Part shown: positions 54,539-62,691 of the stretch, one piece after another | How positions within the stretch are numbered: the first letter of the stretch is position 1 | How the letters are laid out: every line of letters begins with the position of its first letter | DNA from: an uncultured virus (IMG/VR IMGVR_UViG_3300029914_000017) | Taxonomy: Duplodnaviria; Heunggongvirae; Uroviricota; Caudoviricetes | Virus record (IMG/VR): IMGVR_UViG_3300029914_000017 | DNA: 64,000 bases | Strand: one strand, 5' to 3' | The notes under the pieces: model-generated | What the model was told of the DNA's origin: nothing | The model's database searches: none | The model's input: the letters and a program-made list of their open reading frames with translations, nothing else | Made by a program: the position numbers and the translations under genes

Positions 54539-54926
54539 TCAATTAACATATTTTAATCAGTCCATCGTTGATTGCATTTTCTGCATTTCATATGTCTTAA
54601 AACGAATGAGAAAAGATTTTTTGATCCACAGAATGGGCAAGTATCATTTATGTTAAGTATTTCTTTCTTATATAATTCAACTAAATCTGAAATATGATAT
54701 TCAGAATCGGTAGACAATCTAAAGCCAACTTGTTTTTCAAGCCAGCGAGCAAAATCACCCATTTGAACATCACTATTAAGCTGCTCGTTTTTAATAGGTA
54801 ATTTAACCTCATTTTTAGTGAAAAAGCGTTTTAATGGAAATATTTCAAAACTACATTCATCTATTGATATTTTTATTCCATACCAACTGATTATTAATAC
54901 AAATATTATAAATGCTATTAGTTCTA

Positions 54927-55394
54927 TCATTTTACTTTTTGTTTAATTCTTCCACTTACCATATGAGAACAAATATCGTTCATCCACTTATTTCTTATTG
55001 CGGCACTGTATGCATTTATATCATTCTTTTCGAATTCTCTTCTTGTATTATATTTTAAAGAAATACCATTACATTTTTCTTTTGTCCAGTTTTCGTGAAC
55101 ATTCTTCATATGTGAGCATATTTCATCAATCCAGCCACATTTAAACGCTTTTTGAAACTCCCCAGAATATTTAATTCTAAATTCATTTCTTGTAGTACAT
55201 TTTAAAGCCATTTTCTTGCATTCATCTTTCGTCCAAATATGATGTATTTCAGTCATGTGAGTAGATATTTCGCCCAACCATTTATTATATGCTGAGGCCA
55301 TATATGCATTTTTAAATCTATCATTGAATTCAGTTTTAGTATTGCATTTTAAAGCTAAAAATTGACACTTTTCTTTTGTCCATCTTGTATTCAT
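54927..55394 (-). CDS. Three-repeat protein (WTKE.C...ALK...EF...A....W...IC.HM) with no catalytic domain
   Basis: Three ~49-aa repeats make up the whole ORF. Confidence 0.7.
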   Translation of the reverse strand: MNTRWTKEKCQFLALKCNTKTEFNDRFKNAYMASAYNKWLGEISTHMTEIHHIWTKDECKKMALKCTTRNEFRIKYSGEFQKAFKCGWIDEICSHMKNVHENWTKEKCNGISLKYNTRREFEKNDINAYSAAIRNKWMNDICSHMVSGRIKQKVK

Positions 55395-55621
55395 AACATT
55401 ATTTTACTTTACTTGTTGTTTAATTCCACTTATAATAATATCTCTTGTTTCCTTAGTACAACCGCCAAATAAATTTGACATAATTCGAGCAGTTTCTTCA
55501 ATTGCATCACTTTGAATATCATGTAGTATATTTTCCAAATCAAATATTAGAATATTCATACTTGCTTTTGGGTCGTAGAAACACAAATCAAATTTAGTAA
55601 TAATTTCTTTTTTTACATTTT

Positions 55622-56335
55622 TCATTTTTCTAAAGTACAATAATATGGTTTATAAACTGGTTGATAATTTTCGTCTTTTAAAGAAACATTTACACATTGA
55701 CCACCGTTAAAACTCTCAAATGAGTGTCTTCCTGAATGTAAGTGCCCACAAAATAACCAACCATATTTTATTTTTTCCAAACGTTTTCTAAGTGGGATAT
55801 TACCCTTATGTTGGGTAGGGTCATTATTCCATCTTGTACTTTCTAAGACGCAATCAACTTCACCAACGCCATAAGGTGGATCGTGTGAAATAATTATATC
55901 AACTTCATCGGGTATGCCCTTAAATTTTTCTTCCATATAATTATCTGATACCATAAATGGCCAGTTTCCAAAGATATGACAATAAGGAGTTCCAAAAATT
56001 TTAAATTCATCTCCATCGTGTCTATGAACAACATAATTATTTTCTAAATAAACTAATTTAAAATCACATTGCTGTTTAAATGTGGCTAATTGTATTTGGT
56101 TAATTCCTTGGAAGTATGCATCATGATTACCTGCTACAAGGTATACTTTATCAACAGGTAATGATTTAATCCAATAAGCAAATTCAATTTCGAGCCAAAT
56201 TTTCATCTTTGGTTTATCAAATTGAATATTTAAAGGTGAAATATCTCCAGCAATTATCATTATATTTGCTTCTTGCGATATTTCGGGTAAGTATCCGTGA
56301 AGATCAGAGATGGCAACTATTTTCAATTTACTCAT
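55622..56335 (-). CDS. Calcineurin-like metallophosphoesterase
   Basis: SDLHG, AGD, GNHD, SHDPP, GHLH. Confidence 0.85.
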   Translation of the reverse strand: MSKLKIVAISDLHGYLPEISQEANIMIIAGDISPLNIQFDKPKMKIWLEIEFAYWIKSLPVDKVYLVAGNHDAYFQGINQIQLATFKQQCDFKLVYLENNYVVHRHDGDEFKIFGTPYCHIFGNWPFMVSDNYMEEKFKGIPDEVDIIISHDPPYGVGEVDCVLESTRWNNDPTQHKGNIPLRKRLEKIKYGWLFCGHLHSGRHSFESFNGGQCVNVSLKDENYQPVYKPYYCTLEK

Positions 56336-57370
56336 TTATTCAAAATTATTTATTTTATTAAGTAACCAATCTCTACCCTTTTTAGATATAGCACCAGTAA
56401 CAGCTTTTGGTTCTAAATTATTTTTAATTAAAACATCCATTTCTTCTTTAATAATATCACCAGCTAGCCATTGAAGAAAGCATCCCATCCGAGTTATGTC
56501 CAAGATACCATTACAACCGAAAGTTTGCTCAAGTCCTTGATTAAGTCTATTTTCAGTAACAGAATATTCAACAAATTCGCGAATTGAATTTACGCGTTCA
56601 ACGTCAATTGTAACCAATTCTTTAGTTTTTGATATTTTACTTTTTTCAGCCTTTACTTTAAACCTGTATTTGTTACCATCCTCATCATAGAAAACAAACA
56701 CCTCCCCTTCTCCCCTACCTTCAACGCCCATAGCTTCTCCAAATGGGCATTTAATACCAACATTAGTAGTTATATTGGTTAGTCTATCCATAGTCTCTTG
56801 TGGCTCATTAAAATCAATTTCAACCTCAAACGTTTGGAAATCGTAAATGTTATAAATATTATTTTCAGGTGAACGTAATGTTTTAATCTCATCTATTGAA
56901 GCATATTTGTTATCACCTTTCGAGTTATCATCATACGAACGTTTAATATCGAATATAACAAACATTCGTGGAAGCTGACAAACAGCCATTCCTTTTTGTA
57001 TTCCTTTTCCAGCTACTTCTCCAAATATGGTTATATAGTCATAACCATTAAAATCTATTTTACTCAACAATTCTTTGAATATTTCCTTTTTTGACTCAAG
57101 TATGAATGCAAAATTATAATTATCCTCTTCCAAGGTTAATATTCTATCATGCGATTGTGCCCAGATTTCACCTTCTTTATTCATAGTAATTCCACCGTTG
57201 CTACCATCAATTTTTACAGTGCCAAGAACTTTTACGGTAGGAAGTGGAATTGTTGTATCGTAAATACACTCACCATTTTCATCTTTACCGATGTATTGTG
57301 CTCTATGCTTAATCGTTGCATATATTTCCCTAAATTGTCCTATATCCGAGAATTTACAAAATTTTTTCAT
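56336..57370 (-). CDS. ATP-dependent RNA ligase (Rnl2-like)
   Basis: KIDGSN (motif I), FGEVAG, FVIFDI, GEG.V, FKVK. Confidence 0.85.
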   Translation of the reverse strand: MKKFCKFSDIGQFREIYATIKHRAQYIGKDENGECIYDTTIPLPTVKVLGTVKIDGSNGGITMNKEGEIWAQSHDRILTLEEDNYNFAFILESKKEIFKELLSKIDFNGYDYITIFGEVAGKGIQKGMAVCQLPRMFVIFDIKRSYDDNSKGDNKYASIDEIKTLRSPENNIYNIYDFQTFEVEIDFNEPQETMDRLTNITTNVGIKCPFGEAMGVEGRGEGEVFVFYDEDGNKYRFKVKAEKSKISKTKELVTIDVERVNSIREFVEYSVTENRLNQGLEQTFGCNGILDITRMGCFLQWLAGDIIKEEMDVLIKNNLEPKAVTGAISKKGRDWLLNKINNFE

Positions 57371-57851
57371 TTATCTTAATTTTTCGATGTAATTATTTAT
57401 TCTTAATTTTAAATCGTTATTTTCATAATATAAATTCTGATTTCTTTCTTTTAATCTTTTATTTTCGTGTTCCAAACCTTTTAGTTGTTCATTTTTACGT
57501 TTATCAACATCTGTAGGTGATTTTTTTTCTTTATTTTTGATTAGCTCATTTTTAAGCTCCATAATATAAGAATTTGCTTTTCCAAGTTCGATTCTTAATT
57601 CTTTGATAATCACCAAATCTGGCACTTTTAATAAATCAGGATAGTTTTCCGCATCTTTCATATATTTTAATAATATAAATTATTTAAAGCAATTTCGATT
57701 AAATATTTCCAGAATTCGGTTGGTACTCCATCAAACGATAATGTTCGTTCTAATATATCAATATCTTCACAAGAATCAAGTTGAACCATCAGCTTATTAA
57801 CCGTGCTTTGATATGCATTTTCCAAATCAGTATAATTAATACCCATAACCG

Positions 57852-58412
57852 CTAAATATAAATTATGTTTTCATTTTCATCATGATTTATATCGCTAATC
57901 AGCCCTTCTAAAAAGAAATCACGTTCGATACGGCAATTGTAAAAATCAGACCAATTTTTTGGTAATAACAGTTTTTGACATTTTGAAAGTGCTTCCAAAC
58001 CGACTATTATTTCATATTTCGAATCAACGCCTTTTGTTAAATTTGAATCTTTAAGTGAAACAGGCTCAAAACCAAGTTCTTTAATATATCCTTCCATTTG
58101 CGTGTATTCATCAAAGAAACAACTTGAAATCCAACATTTTACTGGTCTATAACCTTTTATCCAAGATCTATAACTAACAGTGCTTTCTTTTTCAACGGCA
58201 AAATCATACCATTCAAATAAAGTTTTTTCTTCAATATTTTGATCAATATCAATTTTTATATCACTGAAATTAAAATAATAATCTCCAATTAAGACAATTC
58301 CACCTATTTCGCCGCCTACCCAAAATTCAATTTCTGGAAGATCATGTTTTGTAATAAATAAATCGGTATAATTTTTAACCGCTTTTTCATAAGATTTTGT
58401 TAAAGTTTTCAT
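57852..58412 (-). CDS. Hypothetical protein with DUF4406-like C-terminal region
   Basis: ELGFEPVS...LSKCQKLLLPKNW...ER. Confidence 0.4.
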   Translation of the reverse strand: MKTLTKSYEKAVKNYTDLFITKHDLPEIEFWVGGEIGGIVLIGDYYFNFSDIKIDIDQNIEEKTLFEWYDFAVEKESTVSYRSWIKGYRPVKCWISSCFFDEYTQMEGYIKELGFEPVSLKDSNLTKGVDSKYEIIVGLEALSKCQKLLLPKNWSDFYNCRIERDFFLEGLISDINHDENENIIYI

Positions 58413-58995
58413 TTAAATAGTTTTAATAGTTATCTCATCTTCATCATTAACATAATAGCAATCAGGGCAATAATCCTTACCATCAAGCGTTATCCATTCT
58501 GATTCGGATGCATCCTCAAGCGCAATGGCTCTTTCTCCCCAACATGAATATTCTGAATTTTGACCACTTAATTTGTGGCAGTTATCACATTCAACTGTGA
58601 ACATTTGTACTTCTATAATCATATTATTCTAAATTATTTTGATTAGTAAATTCAATTAAATCATCTTTAAGCCCGTTTAAATATTTACTTGATGTGAGTC
58701 CAGCATATTTAACACTTGATTCATAAGAGCTATTATATTCCGCCACTGATTTTAAATTTCTAATCAGGCATTCAGTAACATAGATTAGTTCTTCCAGATT
58801 AATAAGTCTTTTTGAATCTTCGTTTGATTCCCCTATTGGTTCTACACGACCAATAAGTTTTTTAACAACATCATAGTTTGTCATAATTGTTCGCGAAATT
58901 TAATTGGATCTTTTCTATATTCTCTTAGCGATTTGGATAGTAATTTTAAGTAGCCTTCTGGATCACCACCAATATATCCATCACAAATTCCTATT

Positions 58996-59150
58996 CCGAT
59001 ACGAAATGTGTTGAAATATGTTGCATATCATGCAACGGATTTCGCTATTTCTTCTAGGTTCATCTTGCCACTACTTTTTAGTACCTCGTTTCCGAGTCTG
59101 TCATCCATAGTTGGGCAATCCCCAAGCGTTAATTCGGGTGTTCGGCACCC
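58996..59150 (-). ncRNA. Predicted TnpB omegaRNA/reRNA scaffold overlapping the tnpB 3' end; guide is the flank AATAGGAATTTGTGATGG
   Basis: GC-rich hairpins (GGGTG.CCGAA.CACCC; GTTGCAT.GAT.ATGCAAC) at the element right end, as established for TnpB. The 5' boundary is approximate. Confidence 0.7.
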
Positions 59151-60344
59151 TATCAATCTTAATCCCTCTTCTCTGATATTTATGGCCGCATTTACATCCC
59201 TGTTGTGGCTTGAACCACACTCTGGACAAATCCACTCCCTATCTTTAAGAGTTAAATCCTTTTTTATATATCCACAAACTGAACAGGTCTTTGACGATGG
59301 AAACCATCGACTGATCTCTATTATTTCCCTTCCGTACCACTGAGCTTTGTAATTTAACATTACTTTAAATTCTCCCCAGTTTACGTCCTGAATCGCTCCC
59401 GCGAGCTTGTGGTTTTTCATCATCCCTTTAACATTTAAATCTTCCATTACTATCACTTGATTGTCGCTTAATAATGAATTTGTTGCAAGATGAAGATAAT
59501 TTTTCTTAATATCTGATATTCTCTTACTTAATTTTGCTATTTTTATTCTATTCTTCTCATGATTATGAGATGGCCTCTTTGTCTTGACATCTTTTTTCCA
59601 TTTCTTATTATAATGAACTTCTCCTGTTTCTACTAATTTTTTCTTAGCTAATTGCCTTTGCAATCTCTTTAATTGTTTCGAGTATTTCTTTCTTAATTTT
59701 AGATTTTCAAAAATCTCAGCTTCTGAGGTAATGACGAAGTCTTTAATCCCTAAGTCGATACCTACCGTATTCCTGTTTTTGGAAAGTACTTTATTTTCCT
59801 GAGAATCAATTAATACTTTGGCGAAGTATTCGCCATTCTTTAATTTCTTAATAGTTACACGAATAATACAATCCTTGTATTTTTCTAAATAAGCTTTATA
59901 TTCTTTAGAAGTTTTATATTTAATAAACCCGAATTTCTTCGAAACAAACATAAAATTTTCTTTATAAAAAATCTTTTTAGAAAAGGCTTCGTTGTAAAGT
60001 CCGATACTTTGCTCATCTGATCTTTTCTTGAAATTAGGAAAGCCAGTGTCTTTCTGTGCTTTCTTAAAGAAATTAGAATAGGCTGTACCTAAATTCTTTA
60101 GGGAGTCTTTTAATATCTTAGTATTGTGTTCGGTTAGATATTTAAATTCTTCTGATTTTAATAGGTCTTGGTGAAGATAGTGTCCGAAGTCCACTAAGGA
60201 ACAGAAGTTGTTTCCTTGTTCGTGTTCGGTTATTGCCTTATCTAAACAAAGATTATAGACCTTTCTATAGCAGCCGAAGATTTTACCGAGGTAAATCCTT
60301 TGTTCACTATTTGGATATAATTTAATGTTTAGAGATTTGAGCAT
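59028..60344 (-). CDS. tnpB: TnpB RNA-guided endonuclease
   Basis: RuvC triad intact (GIDLG, MEDL, RDVNAA); zinc finger CSVC/CPEC. Confidence 0.95.
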   Translation of the reverse strand: MLKSLNIKLYPNSEQRIYLGKIFGCYRKVYNLCLDKAITEHEQGNNFCSLVDFGHYLHQDLLKSEEFKYLTEHNTKILKDSLKNLGTAYSNFFKKAQKDTGFPNFKKRSDEQSIGLYNEAFSKKIFYKENFMFVSKKFGFIKYKTSKEYKAYLEKYKDCIIRVTIKKLKNGEYFAKVLIDSQENKVLSKNRNTVGIDLGIKDFVITSEAEIFENLKLRKKYSKQLKRLQRQLAKKKLVETGEVHYNKKWKKDVKTKRPSHNHEKNRIKIAKLSKRISDIKKNYLHLATNSLLSDNQVIVMEDLNVKGMMKNHKLAGAIQDVNWGEFKVMLNYKAQWYGREIIEISRWFPSSKTCSVCGYIKKDLTLKDREWICPECGSSHNRDVNAAINIREEGLRLIGCRTPELTLGDCPTMDDRLGNEVLKSSGKMNLEEIAKSVA

Positions 60345-60922
60345 TAACCTTCTTTTTCTATTTCTTTTATTATTTTTTCGACTTGATTTTTCGTTCTTCT
60401 TCGAGAATAGATTCTCGCGCAGAATGAGGTTATGATAGAAATAAAGTCTTGCATCAAATCTTCTCCGTTATCTTGAACTTCGTTCATAATGAGTATTTCA
60501 CAATCTTTAAATTTAGACAATGTTTTAATGTAGTTAAACCCGAAGTGGGTTAGCCTATCTTTATTTTCCACTATTATTAAAGTGACTTTATCATCTTCCA
60601 TTAATTCTTGGAGTTTAGGCCTCTGGTCGTTCAGTCCAGAAGCCACTTCTTTCACTATTTTATGAATTTGAATTCCTCTTGAATTAGCGAATTGAACAAT
60701 CCTATCTGCTTGTGTTTCAAGGTCTTTTCTTTGATCCGAAGTAGATACCCTTGCATAAACGGTATTATATTCAGGTTTTTGTTTTTTAATTAATTCAATT
60801 TCAATAGCTCCAGTATCAGTCATTTTAGCATTTGGTATTTTACCAGCATGGAATCTATTCCATGCAGTTCTATAGCACACTCCGTGTTCTTTTGCGTATT
60901 GTGAGAGTTTTATTTTAGGCAT
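60344..60922 (-). CDS. tnpA: IS607 TnpA serine recombinase
   Basis: N-terminal HTH, YARVST, ASGLN..RP.L, DRL..FGF, DFISIITSFCARIY. Confidence 0.95.
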   Translation of the reverse strand: MPKIKLSQYAKEHGVCYRTAWNRFHAGKIPNAKMTDTGAIEIELIKKQKPEYNTVYARVSTSDQRKDLETQADRIVQFANSRGIQIHKIVKEVASGLNDQRPKLQELMEDDKVTLIIVENKDRLTHFGFNYIKTLSKFKDCEILIMNEVQDNGEDLMQDFISIITSFCARIYSRRRTKNQVEKIIKEIEKEG

Positions 60923-61522
60923 TAATTTTTTATTTTAATATAAATAGTTCAAAAAATATTTTTTTATAGAAAAAAATTAAATTATTTTCAATAATTTTAT
61001 ATTATTTTTCTAAATAAACATATCCCATTATATGTGTTATAAATGATTCATCTGTTCTCTCTTCGCTTATGTCTCTATCATAATAATATGAACCATCCGC
61101 CAATGGAGGATAATCGCAATCAATTTCAAAATTAACGTTATATCGTTTCAATATTCTGGAATGTTTAGCTTTAAAAATTGCTGTTTTCATTTATTAGTTT
61201 TAGTTTTTATAATTAAACGTTCCAAAGTTCCCGTAATATAATAATCTATATCTTCTAAATCAAATAAACGAATATCTGATCTACATTCTTCACCATCTTC
61301 AAAATGATTTGAAACTACCATAATGGTTACCTCATCACACATTAGTTTCGTTATATAAAAACCTTTTTGTAGCGTAGTTTCAATACATATCTCTTCCTTT
61401 ATATCAATATCTACAACACCATCTTTATTCAAGGATAGTATTCGACCCATATTCTCTTTAATTATTTGTTTTTTTAAATTATCAATTCGTTTGTCCATAA
61501 TAATCAAGTTTTAAATTCGAGA

Positions 61523-61570
61523 CAAATGTACATAAAAAAATCCTAAAAAACAAGTCTCTTAGGATTTATT
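61523..61570 (-). promoter_or_regulatory. Early promoter overlapped by a terminator stem (AAATCCTAA/TTAGGATTT)
   Basis: TTG-N20-TACATTTG on the - strand. Confidence 0.75.
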
Positions 61571-61592
61571 AACTATTATTTTAATTTGATTA

Positions 61593-62078
61593 TTAAATCA
61601 TTTTTTTAGTTCTCTTAATGTATTCCATCATCAGATATCTTATATTCGATTCGATTAATTTTGATTCGTAGAATGGTTCATTAAGCTTATTGCTTGATTT
61701 TTTTAAATCAGAATAGTATCTATCAAAATCCGATTGAGCTTTTTGTTTCCAATCAGCTGGCCTATTAATCATTGGTAAACTATCCTTTGGAATATTATTT
61801 TTTTCGATTTCTTTTGGGTCAAAATTTTTAAAATTGTCACCGAACATATCTATTGTGTCCTGAAGATTTTTCCTTTCAATTAACTTAATATATTTATCCA
61901 AATTTCGATTAACCAAGTCCCTGTTAGATTTTCCATATATACGTGTTAATGATCTACGCATATATTCAATGAAGTTGATTGCAGCTTGTGTTTTTGATTC
62001 ACCGAATGTTTCATTTACTATTTTTCGGACTAAATTCGTTAATTGGCTTTCGTTTAATACTATTGCTTTATTTTCCAT
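61593..62078 (-). CDS. Putative late/head-associated protein
   Basis: Leader IVLNESQLTNLVRKIVNE; TATTTATA at 62101-62108. Confidence 0.6.
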   Translation of the reverse strand: MENKAIVLNESQLTNLVRKIVNETFGESKTQAAINFIEYMRRSLTRIYGKSNRDLVNRNLDKYIKLIERKNLQDTIDMFGDNFKNFDPKEIEKNNIPKDSLPMINRPADWKQKAQSDFDRYYSDLKKSSNKLNEPFYESKLIESNIRYLMMEYIKRTKKMI

Positions 62079-62146
62079 TATTAAGATATTATATTTTTAA
62101 TATAAATACTTGTAAAAAGGAAAAATAACATTAATTAAGGAAAAAA

Positions 62147-62461
62147 TTATTCAACTATGCCCATATTACCCCAGCGGCTTTTTAATATTTTTGTTTTGAA
62201 ACCGTCATTATTATCCACAAATAGAACCAAATCAGATGTTTGGAACTTTCGCAATGCTGGAACTTTGGGGTCATTATCATACTTAAAATTATATTGACCA
62301 ACATCTTCAAATGCCAAATTTTTATCTTCTCGATGCAAATTTTCTCTAAATAAAACTAATAATCTACCATCTTCAATCATTCCGTTATTATAAGGCAATA
62401 AATCAGATGATAACGAGTCCACCGAAATGAATTCTTCTTCATTAATTAATTGTTTTTCCAT
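62147..62461 (-). CDS. Hypothetical protein
   Basis: ORF only. Confidence 0.6.
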   Translation of the reverse strand: MEKQLINEEEFISVDSLSSDLLPYNNGMIEDGRLLVLFRENLHREDKNLAFEDVGQYNFKYDNDPKVPALRKFQTSDLVLFVDNNDGFKTKILKSRWGNMGIVE

Positions 62462-62492
62462 AAATTGTTTTTATTATTGTTAAATTAATTTT

Positions 62493-62529
62493 AAAAAAGA
62501 GTTACCCATTTTCACAAATGAATAACTCT
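62493..62529 (-). terminator. Intrinsic terminator downstream of Ro60
   Basis: AGAGTTATTCATTT-GTGA-AAATGGGTAACTCT followed by a T-run on the - strand. Confidence 0.85.
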
Positions 62530-62691
62530 CATCGGCTGTGTCAAGAATATTATGATTAAATGCTGGAAACGCAAATTACAGCCAATTTTTAAATCCGCCC
62601 AAAAAATTTAGATTAAAAACATATTAGAAATAACCTATGTTAATTTTTTAAGTTATTTATATTTAGTTTATTTTCTGGGGGTGAAATATTT

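Larger units (their letters stand above)
58998..61023 (-). mobile_element. IS607-family element (tnpA serine recombinase plus tnpB)
   Basis: GG(A) core at both junctions (TCC at 58995-97 and 61023-25 on +); no target duplication beyond the core. Confidence 0.9.
58881..61190 (-). pseudogene. Small gene split by IS607 (5' part 61190-61023; 3' part 58994-58881)
   Basis: Removing the IS joins ...HIMG to IGICDGYIGGDPEG...REQL* in frame; the stop overlaps the ATG of 58884. Confidence 0.85.

Noticed and set aside
59008..59343. Antisense ORFs in the track (also 494-832, 836-1084, 2718-3161, 20450-21310, 29286-29816, 38853-39299, 63095-63475)
   Set aside because: They lie opposite well-supported genes and show no recognisable motifs.
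60923..61023. IStron (group I intron fused to IS607)
   Set aside because: The left end is only ~100 nt of AT-rich sequence, too short for a group I core.
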